This document shows, in pieces, positions 48,171 to 55,789 of a stretch of 56,030 nt of DNA. Origin of the DNA: a virus (Duplodnaviria > Caudoviricetes); the IMG/VR virus record IMGVR_UViG_3300030380_002075, positions 1-56,030 of that record; one strand, given 5' to 3'. The notes under the pieces were generated by a model, which was not told where the DNA came from, searched no databases, and worked only from the letters and a program-made list of their open reading frames with translations. Every line of letters begins with the position of its first letter. Within the stretch, counting starts at the first letter, position 1. The translations under genes and the position numbers were made by a program.

Positions 48171-48270
48171 TACTCCCGTAGTTAAGGCCGTCATTGGCCA
48201 GTGTTTAGTATGCGATAAAAGCAATACGCAATGCAATAAAAAAAGCCGGCAGGATCACTCCGGCCGGCTT
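48171..48270 (-). promoter_or_regulatory. Terminator + promoter + leader cassette junction
   Basis: GCCGGC hairpin with T run, TTGCAT..TCGCATACT, AACTACGGGAG. Confidence 0.7.
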
Positions 48271-48286
48271 GTATTAGTCGCAATGA

Positions 48287-49480
48287 TTACGCGGCGACTT
48301 TATCCAACAATTTACCCGCACGGCGTTCGATGTCGATCCGGTTATCTTGGTGCGGAATGTCCCGAGCGATAGCAGTGATCGCTTGAGCCGCGTCCCAGAC
48401 TGATTCAACCGGCCGGCCTTCCTCTTTCTCGTGGCGTTGCATAGCGGCCTTAGCCATGCGCTGAGAAAGCCCCGCACGTTTGGTTAAGAAGTCCAACCGA
48501 TCATCGTCAGTCTTGGCGACGTTAGCCGACTTGGCTTTCTGGACACCCTCGACAAATGTAGCCGTCGCACCAGTGGCAAACGATTGCAATGCGGGACGGG
48601 CCTCGATAGCGAACCGATCTGGCGCGAACTTGGTATGACGAATCTTGATTTCGTGGAAGTTTTCAACGCCCCACAAATTACGATTCATACAAACGCCGCG
48701 AAGGTACATCGCCGCGACGCCGGCCGTCTTGCTACCGGTCTCGGAGTTCCACGCATAGAAGCCTCGGAACATTAGATCAGGCTCGCCGTTTGGCAGTTTA
48801 CCAACCTCAATTGGATTGAGGTCATCAACCAGAAAAACAAAGATGTCTCGATCACTGGCGAACAGTGTCGTCGTATCTTTGGTGACCGGCACATGCGGAT
48901 CATAAACCGCCATGCCATTCTCGGCTCGGCTAACCATCATACCGGGGACTTTCCAACGTCCCTCACTGGCGTCAACCAGATCTTTGATAGGCTTTAGGAT
49001 CTCATGATCGTAGATCCGGCCGTAGTCAGCACCCGTTGCGGCTCGCAGTTCACCTGAATCGCCTCGGCTATACACCTTAACCAAATCGCGAGATCGGTTA
49101 TGTTGCAAACCCCACTGCAAACAGTCAGCAACCATCGGAGCGGGTAAGTCTTTGAGGTAACCGGCCGGCGCTCCTGCCAACTGAGATAGCTGACCAAATG
49201 ACCAGTTAGTAGGCATGTTCTCGCCCTCGATCCCGTTCTCATCACGGTACTCGATAAAGACGTCACCCCTCGATGGATTGTCGGCATCAACAGTCCCGAC
49301 GATATTCATCTTATGAGTATCGACGATGCGAGACTTCATCTGACCGGCGTCAAGCTTCTTGTGAGCCAACATATCATCCAGTGAAAGGAACCGCTCATCA
49401 TCAGGGCGGTTAAACCAGTTAGATGAAACAGCAGAGTTGCCGATGCCATGTGCAAAGGCGTTGGTTTGATAAGTCGTCAT
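48287..49480 (-). CDS. DUF932/DUF945-like protein
   Basis: WSFGQL..APAGYL, GFYAWNSETG, VCMNRNLWG, IRHT; start MTTYQ after GGGAG. Confidence 0.75.
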   Translation of the reverse strand: MTTYQTNAFAHGIGNSAVSSNWFNRPDDERFLSLDDMLAHKKLDAGQMKSRIVDTHKMNIVGTVDADNPSRGDVFIEYRDENGIEGENMPTNWSFGQLSQLAGAPAGYLKDLPAPMVADCLQWGLQHNRSRDLVKVYSRGDSGELRAATGADYGRIYDHEILKPIKDLVDASEGRWKVPGMMVSRAENGMAVYDPHVPVTKDTTTLFASDRDIFVFLVDDLNPIEVGKLPNGEPDLMFRGFYAWNSETGSKTAGVAAMYLRGVCMNRNLWGVENFHEIKIRHTKFAPDRFAIEARPALQSFATGATATFVEGVQKAKSANVAKTDDDRLDFLTKRAGLSQRMAKAAMQRHEKEEGRPVESVWDAAQAITAIARDIPHQDNRIDIERRAGKLLDKVAA

Positions 49481-49572
49481 AATCGTTTCTCCCGTAGTTA
49501 TGACTGAGCGAAATTGCTCACTGGTAATAATCCGATAAAACGCAACACAATGCAAGTAATTTTTTAGAAAAT

Positions 49573-49604
49573 AAAAAGGCCGGTTAAGTTGCCCCAACCG
49601 GCCT
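49573..49604 (-). terminator. Intrinsic terminator
   Basis: AGGCCGGTT..AACCGGCCT followed by a T run. Confidence 0.75.
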
Positions 49605-49609
49605 CGGTT

Positions 49610-49957
49610 TTACGCCTCGGTAAACACCCTGTTTTGATATGCTATCCAATCCTCGCAAGATTGCGTGTTCTTTGGATATGCTTTCTCATTAGCCTTTATA
49701 GGTCTTATGCTTCGGGCGGAAGCTATAAACATTCCCACCGGTAGTGGCGGGGTATCGATGTCCCAATCAAAACCCCCTAATCCAGTGCATTCGACTCCCT
49801 TCCCGTAAACGCAGGCTACTGCCTGATTAAGTTGGCTACCGGCCGCGTCTTTAATTGCGGTTATAGGGTCTTGCGCTTTTGCCCACCTGCTTCCAGAAAG
49901 GTTGATAGCTAAGAAGTAATGACCATTAGGCTGTTTAAAAGGCGTTGATTCACTCAT
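49610..49957 (-). CDS. Hypothetical early protein
   Basis: RBS GGGAGG; own promoter and terminator. Confidence 0.8.
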   Translation of the reverse strand: MSESTPFKQPNGHYFLAINLSGSRWAKAQDPITAIKDAAGSQLNQAVACVYGKGVECTGLGGFDWDIDTPPLPVGMFIASARSIRPIKANEKAYPKNTQSCEDWIAYQNRVFTEA

Positions 49958-50038
49958 GGCGAATCCTCCCGTAGTTGATTGTTAAACATCTACCTTGGGG
50001 GCTTCCCAAGGATGACTTAGATTTCCAAGTCATGTGGT

Positions 50039-50068
50039 CATTATCGCATACCTGATTTGGGTTGTCAA
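50039..50068 (-). promoter_or_regulatory. Sigma70 promoter overlapped by TATGCGA
   Basis: TTGACA-N17-GATAAT with extended -10 TG. Confidence 0.75.
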
Positions 50069-50103
50069 GTTAATTTTTTAAAAAGTTATTTGGGGTTGCT
50101 CAT

Positions 50104-50127
50104 AAAAAAGCCCCGACTGGCGGGGCT
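50104..50127 (-). terminator. Intrinsic terminator
   Basis: AGCCCCG-CCAGT-CGGGGCT followed by a T run. Confidence 0.8.
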
Positions 50128-50133
50128 CGATGG

Positions 50134-50229
50134 TCAGCGACGGCGTCGCCGCTTAATTGGTTTCTTCATTGCTTTATCAACGGCTTCTTCGCCGTAAATT
50201 AATTTGGCAATCCAATTCAATAAAAACAT
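50134..50229 (-). CDS. 31-aa microprotein with poly-Arg tail, absent from the ORF track
   Basis: MFLLNWIAKLIYGEEAVDKAMKKPIKRRRRR; TGATG coupling; terminator follows. Confidence 0.7.
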   Translation of the reverse strand: MFLLNWIAKLIYGEEAVDKAMKKPIKRRRRR

Positions 50230-50474
50230 CAATCCCCCTCAACGTAGCTCATGTTAAAGCCCAATTTTTTACAAGTATTAGTAACGCCCTCGGGCAGTTC
50301 AAAGACGCCGTCATAGTCAACCAGAACGACGCCGTCAAACCACAGACCGCCGCTCCCCCCTTCATCGCCTAATGTGGCGTGTTCAAAACCAATCGGCATA
50401 CCCCGTTCATCGAGATAAACCGTCCAGTCATTACACGTCACATAACGATTCAATAAGCTTTCATGTATTTGCAT
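50229..50474 (-). CDS. Hypothetical early protein
   Basis: GFEH..GDEGG..GLWF...LVDYDGVFELP; RBS GGAGG. Confidence 0.75.
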   Translation of the reverse strand: MQIHESLLNRYVTCNDWTVYLDERGMPIGFEHATLGDEGGSGGLWFDGVVLVDYDGVFELPEGVTNTCKKLGFNMSYVEGD

Positions 50475-50664
50475 CAGATTCCTCCACTGCATAAGTGTCG
50501 CACCAACCGATGGCTTCAAAAATTTCATGGTCAGTCAGCAATGCGATTCGTTCAACAACAGCCAACCGAACTTGAGCCGGAGTAATATCCCGGCCGTCTT
50601 CTTGATAAGAAATGATGGTGAAGGCGATGTCGTACATGTGGTTGTACGCTGTTTGATCTGTCAT
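50461..50664 (-). CDS. Hypothetical early protein
   Basis: Start MTDQTAYNH inferred from ATGA overlap; RBS GGAGG. Confidence 0.75.
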   Translation of the reverse strand: MTDQTAYNHMYDIAFTIISYQEDGRDITPAQVRLAVVERIALLTDHEIFEAIGWCDTYAVEESDANT

Positions 50665-50828
50665 AGCTCGTCCTCCTGTTCGACTGTAAAAACGACGCAC
50701 AATTGAACGTCAGTATTGACAAGGTTTGACTCTTCCCATTCATACCAATCATTGCCTGTTTGTTCTGCGAACTTCATTAACGCTTCTATTAATTCCTGCC
50801 GTTGCAAGCCTTTTTTTAATTTAATCAT
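50661..50828 (-). CDS. 55-aa hypothetical protein absent from the ORF track
   Basis: MIKLKKGLQRQELIEALMKFAEQTGNDWYEW...; preceded by AACTACGGGAGG. Confidence 0.75.
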   Translation of the reverse strand: MIKLKKGLQRQELIEALMKFAEQTGNDWYEWEESNLVNTDVQLCVVFTVEQEDEL

Positions 50829-50873
50829 GGCCGATTCCTCCCGTAGTTGTTAGCCAACTTGCATAGTATGCGA

Positions 50874-51335
50874 CTAATGCGAACAAATCAAGTCCCAAAG
50901 TGATTTCCAGTCAAACGGCTCAGTCAAACGAATTACTGGCTCGACTTTAGATATGCCTTCCATTTTCAGATCGAGAGCGTCGTATCCGCGATACAGAAGT
51001 ATTTCCGGTTCAGATGTACGGGGCTGTCTTTTAACAAGCACCCAAGTTGAAGCATGGCTATGAATATTAAGAAAGGCCACTTGGTGCGGCCGCAGATCGA
51101 CAGTGTTCCCTTTAGTCACCTTTAACTCGATCAGATGTAGTGCTCCTTGGTCATCACAAACTAAGAGATCGGGTATGCCTGCGGTCAACCAAGTCTCTAA
51201 TCGAGTCAATATTAACTTGCGGTCAAGCTTCTTCGCCCCGTCCCGAATTTGTCTGTAAAAGTTGCTCTCCGTCGTGTTGGTCTTCTTCTTGGTCGCTTCC
51301 TCCCATGGGAGTAACGTCGATGATGTTTGACTCAT
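50874..51335 (-). CDS. PD-(D/E)xK nuclease, Holliday junction resolvase / VRR-NUC-like
   Basis: ESNF..RLE..GIPDLL..IELK..LRPHQ; start uncertain because it overlaps terS. Confidence 0.8.
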   Translation of the reverse strand: MSQTSSTLLPWEEATKKKTNTTESNFYRQIRDGAKKLDRKLILTRLETWLTAGIPDLLVCDDQGALHLIELKVTKGNTVDLRPHQVAFLNIHSHASTWVLVKRQPRTSEPEILLYRGYDALDLKMEGISKVEPVIRLTEPFDWKSLWDLICSH

Positions 51336-51813
51336 AGGTATCTCTTAATTCGTCTAAGGCTTTCATAACTTCTTCTTTACTCATTTGGTCAATCGAGCCA
51401 TGTCGTATTTCAGATTTACTGACGTAGATGTCTCCTTGAGCTTGACCTCGACGATACTCCGCTTGAACTGCGGCAGAATAAGCCCCGTTCTGAATAGCTA
51501 AGTCCCGAATGTTTTGTAGATCCCGAACATGACGCTGATAAGTAATGCCATATTTGGCGTCCAGTTCATCTCGATATGCTTTGATTGCCGCCACAATATG
51601 CGGACAGATCAAAGGGTTTGTCATTTCATACGCTCTGGTATGTGCGCTTGAGGGCGGAAATCCCGCGTTGATAGCGGCTTCTCTCATGGTTATCTGGCCG
51701 TCGTTGCTAACAAGCTCCTTAACAAATAGCTCCTGACGGCGCGTAAGTTTTTTACTTCTTAGCTTATTTAGCTTGTCTTTATCTGCAACGGCATTTCGTT
51801 TAGTTCTAGGCAT
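51223..51813 (-). CDS. terS: Terminase small subunit
   Basis: LTRRQELFVKE..AAINAGF HTH; SAAVQAE..RG; IIDVTP. Confidence 0.75.
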   Translation of the reverse strand: MPRTKRNAVADKDKLNKLRSKKLTRRQELFVKELVSNDGQITMREAAINAGFPPSSAHTRAYEMTNPLICPHIVAAIKAYRDELDAKYGITYQRHVRDLQNIRDLAIQNGAYSAAVQAEYRRGQAQGDIYVSKSEIRHGSIDQMSKEEVMKALDELRDTYESNIIDVTPMGGSDQEEDQHDGEQLLQTNSGRGEEA

Positions 51814-51865
51814 TCAAGTCTCCGACAGTTAAAAGCAGTATCGGAGATAAAATATAGTCCCTTTT

Positions 51866-52185
51866 CTTATATAGAGCAAAATTCAAAAAATATTTTTTTG
51901 ACCAAGACCCCCCGCTAACGCACTTTTGATTCTTTGATTTCTTGGTTACATATTTATGGTTACATGGTGTAACGGTTTATGTAACTGCTGAAAGTATTGA
52001 TACATATAGTATAGAGCGATTTGGTTACACGGTTACACCGGTTACGGGTGTTTTTCGTAAAAATATTTTTTCTAATTTTCCTGCTATATAAGTAACGTGC
52101 GTTTTTTGTAACCCAAAAAAGAAAAGCCCCGTGAGCCGTGGCCTACGGAGCCTGATCCTTTGTTACGCAATCTGTAACGGTTACA
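51866..52185. repeat. AT-rich GTTAC/GTAAC iteron cluster with inverted-repeat arms
   Basis: 12 GTTAC/GTAAC copies; imperfect IR at 51866-51897 and 52059-52092. Confidence 0.8.
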
Positions 52186-52204
52186 CCGCGGGCTGTTTTT
52201 CCTC

Positions 52205-53542
52205 CTAACCTGCTTTTTTATTTACAAGATGATAGTCGTGAATAATTGTTCCCAACTTGGCATCACCTGCCCAGTATGGTTGAACCCATTTACGCTTGAT
52301 TAACCCGCTTTTATAGTGAATTGTTCGCCAGTGACCACGTCTCAAGTGTTTACGCTGACGGGTTATGCACTGTTTGAATATCTTTCCATACAGCTTGACC
52401 CCCGCATCTTTGGGTAGGTTGATCTCGACAACCTTTACCTCGTTGATGGGCTCGTGCAATACCAAATGCTTTTCGATATCGTCGTTGTCCACGATCTCTA
52501 TGTCGCGCTCTACTTCACGTTGATAGTTCAATAGACCAAGAACCGCAATTACGAAACGTAAGTCCATGGCCCACGAATGTCCATCAAGCCATTCCGAAGA
52601 AGGAGTTCCGTTGTTTATAAAATTTATGTAATCTGCTTGCCAGTTACTGGCATATCGATCTTTTGTAAGTGGAGCAAACAAATGCTGACAAAAGCCAAAT
52701 CGTAAAAACAGCCCGTTCAAGAAAGCCTTTTGAGCTTTTTTATTCGAGTAATAATCAACATATTCTTGTGTTAATATTTCTATACCTCTCTTTTCTGTAG
52801 AGTGCTTTTGGTAGTCCTCCCTCGACATGGGTTTTCCGGTACGAAAGTCGATTAGCAGTCTTTCATTAAGCTCTCTTTCCTCCTCACCATAGGAAAACAA
52901 AGCTCCACATTTGGGTGCTATAAGTGTTTGCTCGTTTGACTCAGGACGGTGAATAAATTTATGAAGCTCAAACCAATTATTTTCAAAACCCATCCGTGGG
53001 GTGAGGCGGTAATCGGGATACCATTCTGGATTAATGGTTCTTTCGCGTACCCTTTTAGCCCTTTCTTTTGGACTGGCTTGTTCAGCTTCAAACTGGTTAT
53101 AATTTTCCCAACCAACCTTCTGTATTAAATAACCAAATCGTACTCCCGTCATCTCTCTACTAAACCCCGGATCCCATTCAATCCACATCGAATTAAATGC
53201 GGGAATGCCTGTCATGAACGCATTCAATAAATCTTTTGGCGGCATCTCACAGGCCTCTATAGCGTGTTCAATCAAGCTTTGCCCAATGTTTATCTTGGTT
53301 GCGTTTTGAAAAATGTTATGTGTTTCTCTGAGGAGAAATTTTTCTCGTCCTTCAAAGTTTTTACACATCTTCTTAATAGCCTTTTTGTCCCCCTGCTCCT
53401 TCAGGTTCAGTACATCTGTGTCATAAAGTTTAATAGCCGCCGCTACTGCCTCTGATCTAGAACGTTTACCAAACGCTTTGTGAAAAGACGTTAAGTTTAT
53501 CGACGCTTCGCTAATCGCGTCGTGTGTTGGATAATTGCTCAT
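52205..53542 (-). CDS. Hypothetical protein with C-terminal HxRRGHWR motif
   Basis: 445 aa; RKHLRRGHWR..WVQPYWAG. Confidence 0.8.
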   Translation of the reverse strand: MSNYPTHDAISEASINLTSFHKAFGKRSRSEAVAAAIKLYDTDVLNLKEQGDKKAIKKMCKNFEGREKFLLRETHNIFQNATKINIGQSLIEHAIEACEMPPKDLLNAFMTGIPAFNSMWIEWDPGFSREMTGVRFGYLIQKVGWENYNQFEAEQASPKERAKRVRERTINPEWYPDYRLTPRMGFENNWFELHKFIHRPESNEQTLIAPKCGALFSYGEEERELNERLLIDFRTGKPMSREDYQKHSTEKRGIEILTQEYVDYYSNKKAQKAFLNGLFLRFGFCQHLFAPLTKDRYASNWQADYINFINNGTPSSEWLDGHSWAMDLRFVIAVLGLLNYQREVERDIEIVDNDDIEKHLVLHEPINEVKVVEINLPKDAGVKLYGKIFKQCITRQRKHLRRGHWRTIHYKSGLIKRKWVQPYWAGDAKLGTIIHDYHLVNKKAG

Positions 53543-53790
53543 ATCTCGTCCTCCTGTTCTTCTTCAAAACCATCGGGCTCAAAAGTCTTAACAAGGTGTT
53601 GCCAAAGCAGTGAGTCATACTTGACTTCATCATAAGTCTGACGTGGCAGTTCAGTGATCTCAGTGATCTCAAGAACGGCTCCGGTCTCTTCGTCTGCTTC
53701 GTAATAAACTTCATAAGATTTTTCTAACCAATGTCGGTAATCGACGTGGTCTATTATTTCAGTATGGATAGCTTTCATTCGTTTAATCAT
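53539..53790 (-). CDS. Small acidic protein
   Basis: Downstream of the 53822-53850 promoter; start uncertain (53790 or 53778). Confidence 0.65.
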   Translation of the reverse strand: MIKRMKAIHTEIIDHVDYRHWLEKSYEVYYEADEETGAVLEITEITELPRQTYDEVKYDSLLWQHLVKTFEPDGFEEEQEDEI

Positions 53791-53821
53791 GACTAAAATC
53801 CCGTTTGTTGACCGAAACATT

Positions 53822-53850
53822 AAAGTATGCGCTTATCGCATACTTGTCAA
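53822..53850 (-). promoter_or_regulatory. Sigma70 promoter with a palindromic operator in the spacer
   Basis: TTGACA-N17-TACTTT; AAGTATGCG-CTTAT-CGCATACTT at 53823-53845. Confidence 0.8.
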
Positions 53851-53861
53851 CCTCTACACAT

Positions 53862-53935
53862 AAAAAAATCCCCGAGGGTCATAGGGGCGACGCCACGGGG
53901 ATTTTCAGAGTCAACTACGGGAATAGTTGTATGTC
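53862..53935 (-). ncRNA. Candidate 3'UTR-derived antisense sRNA
   Basis: Hairpin CAACUA-UUCCCG-UAGUUG complementary to the AACUACGGGA leaders, followed by a terminator-like hairpin and U run. Confidence 0.4.
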
Positions 53936-53940
53936 GAGAG

Positions 53941-54141
53941 TCATGATAATGACTTATCAGATGATTGCAACCTTTTTCTTTCATTTTCTCGGGCAAGTTC
54001 ACCGACTAGCCTTGCAAATTCACCAAGCTCCTCTCGGTTTGCAAGGTAGCCGCGCCCTCCAATACCCTCCATGCAGAGTGTGAAATCTTCATCGCGGACG
54101 ATACCCGCTTTGTATGCTAGGTCATGAACAAGGTCAGACAC
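53941..54141 (-). CDS. Hypothetical protein
   Basis: 66 aa, GTG start, overlaps the upstream stop. Confidence 0.65.
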   Translation of the reverse strand: MSDLVHDLAYKAGIVRDEDFTLCMEGIGGRGYLANREELGEFARLVGELARENERKRLQSSDKSLS

Positions 54142-54391
54142 TGTCTCTACCGCGAAGGGTTATATCTAACCATATCGCTCGATCTTCAACCTTCTTCGCT
54201 TTTTTATATAGGCGTTTGGCCTTGGCATTCAAGTAACCCAAGTACCAACGTTTAAGAGCGATCACGCTTTTTGCCCCTAGACGGCGCGGTGTGTTGGTAT
54301 AAGCCACAGGTAGTTTTTTCTTTTTTACCAATTTTAGACTGCCGAACTTTTTCGCCACGACGTGCATTGATTGCGCTATTGCCTTCCACAT
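54134..54391 (-). CDS. Basic hypothetical protein
   Basis: 85-aa ORF overlapping the next gene; start uncertain. Confidence 0.45.
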   Translation of the reverse strand: MWKAIAQSMHVVAKKFGSLKLVKKKKLPVAYTNTPRRLGAKSVIALKRWYLGYLNAKAKRLYKKAKKVEDRAIWLDITLRGRDSV

Positions 54392-54569
54392 TTCTACAAT
54401 TTAACTCCGCTACTAGCATGGATCTCTTTGGGCGATACGAAGTATCCAGAACATAATACTTGTTATTTTTATTTTTGAACATGCGGTGCGTGAGCCGTGA
54501 TTCGCGGACTAGGAAGTCCAGTTCTTCCATTGCGTCCAGTGGATTGTCGAACAGTGTTGCGCTAGTCAT
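54252..54569 (-). CDS. Hypothetical protein
   Basis: 105 aa; coupled to the RHH gene. Confidence 0.65.
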   Translation of the reverse strand: MTSATLFDNPLDAMEELDFLVRESRLTHRMFKNKNNKYYVLDTSYRPKRSMLVAELNCRNVEGNSAINARRGEKVRQSKIGKKEKTTCGLYQHTAPSRGKKRDRS

Positions 54570-54759
54570 AGACGTTTATCCGACGGGGATCTTTCTTGTT
54601 TCCATACCGATGTTGCTTGTCGAAGCCCTGCTCGATGTACGTTTCAAAGATCAGGCGCAGTTGTCCGGAGATAGTTCTGCCATCTTTCTGAGCAAGATCC
54701 TTAATTTCCTCGTATACGTCACGGGGAACAAGCACACTTTTCCAACGTTGTGTATCCAT
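54562..54759 (-). CDS. Ribbon-helix-helix (Arc/CopG-like) DNA-binding protein
   Basis: WKSVLVP-RDVYEEIKDLAQKDGR-TISGQLRLI; RBS AGGAGG. Confidence 0.75.
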   Translation of the reverse strand: MDTQRWKSVLVPRDVYEEIKDLAQKDGRTISGQLRLIFETYIEQGFDKQHRYGNKKDPRRINVYD

Positions 54760-54772
54760 AGGCCCCTCCTTA

Positions 54773-54831
54773 TCTGCGATTATATGCGAATCTATGCGAA
54801 CATACAATAAAAAAGCCGCCCGAAGGCGGCT
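54773..54831 (-). promoter_or_regulatory. Terminator, then promoter with three tandem heptads
   Basis: GCCGCC-TTCG-GGCGGC with T run; TTGTAT-N17-TATAAT; T(A/C)TGCGA at 54773, 54783 and 54793. Confidence 0.75.
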
Positions 54832-54835
54832 CTGA

Positions 54836-55054
54836 TTATTTTTTACTAATCGTCACTTTGAAGTGCTTCTCATGAAGCAGACAATTACTGATTTCGTTTA
54901 TTGCATGACTCAACTCAGTGACTTGATCTTCAGTCCAATCGAAACCATTGCGTCCTTCGATAAAATCGTCGCCTATATAAACAGACCCTTCGCCTAAGAC
55001 CCATTCCAAGCCTGCGGCTATCCTTTTATTTACTTTGATGGTTCTAATGCTCAT
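54836..55054 (-). CDS. Hypothetical protein
   Basis: 72 aa; ATGA coupling; RBS GGAGG. Confidence 0.75.
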   Translation of the reverse strand: MSIRTIKVNKRIAAGLEWVLGEGSVYIGDDFIEGRNGFDWTEDQVTELSHAINEISNCLLHEKHFKVTISKK

Positions 55055-55269
55055 TTCCCCCTCCTGTCTTCAGTAACATAGAGCCACTGTTCACCAGCCA
55101 TAAAAGGAATTTTTCTAGCAACTGCTTTTTCTGCCGGAGTCCAAGGGTAATCGTCAGGATCTTCAATCATGGTTGAACCTGAACCCTCACCAAAGACTGA
55201 TCTTAAAACACTCATTTCGGTATCGCTCAAGTTGATGCGATAACCTCTTTTTAGTCTTGTTACTTTCAT
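55051..55269 (-). CDS. Hypothetical protein
   Basis: 72 aa; MKVTRLKRGYRINLSD. Confidence 0.75.
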   Translation of the reverse strand: MKVTRLKRGYRINLSDTEMSVLRSVFGEGSGSTMIEDPDDYPWTPAEKAVARKIPFMAGEQWLYVTEDRRGK

Positions 55270-55314
55270 TACTCATCCCCTATTAGAAGTGCCGCCCCGA
55301 AGGGCGGCGGTTGA

Positions 55315-55596
55315 TTAAACACTTAACTCTCTTTCAATCTCACGCAACTTGTCGTAGACCTCATCCCATCCAAGACAGAACTTTTCATCGTCCCAACCTT
55401 CGTACTCAATCCAGTACCCCCGGTCGTTACCAAGATCATCAATGATGATTTCAATCCCCAACTTTTTAGCGAGCCGTTTGGCTTTACCGTAGTAAGGGTC
55501 GTACTTTCGCTTGGTTTTTTTTGGTTTAAACGCCTTATCTAAAACAGGCAGACTGAACCACCGAGCTAACGCTTGGTTGTCACGTTTTTTCAACAT
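55315..55596 (-). CDS. Hypothetical protein
   Basis: Start MLKK after AACTATGGGA; AKRLAKKLGIEI..GYW. Confidence 0.7.
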   Translation of the reverse strand: MLKKRDNQALARWFSLPVLDKAFKPKKTKRKYDPYYGKAKRLAKKLGIEIIIDDLGNDRGYWIEYEGWDDEKFCLGWDEVYDKLREIERELSV

Positions 55597-55658
55597 GATA
55601 AATATTCCCATAGTTAATTGTTAAACATCATTAAGTTGGGGCTTCCAACTTATCTAAC

Positions 55659-55687
55659 ATGATACAGCATGTATGCGATAAACGCAA
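55659..55687 (-). promoter_or_regulatory. Sigma70-like promoter with heptad
   Basis: TTGCGT-N17-TATCAT with TCGCATA in the spacer. Confidence 0.65.
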
Positions 55688-55789
55688 CCATTAAAGTTAA
55701 ACTAATTTGGTATTAGTCCCATACCAATATGATATTGGTCTAATACCGTATGCGATTTTAGCAATGTTATAATGCCCTTTCCAAAAAGG

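Noticed and set aside
53805-54083. Plus-strand 92-aa ORF as the explanation for the AACTACGGGA copy at 53913
   Set aside because: It runs antisense across a promoter, a terminator and a coupled gene. An ATG at 53931 does follow the motif, so a short plus-strand gene is not fully excluded
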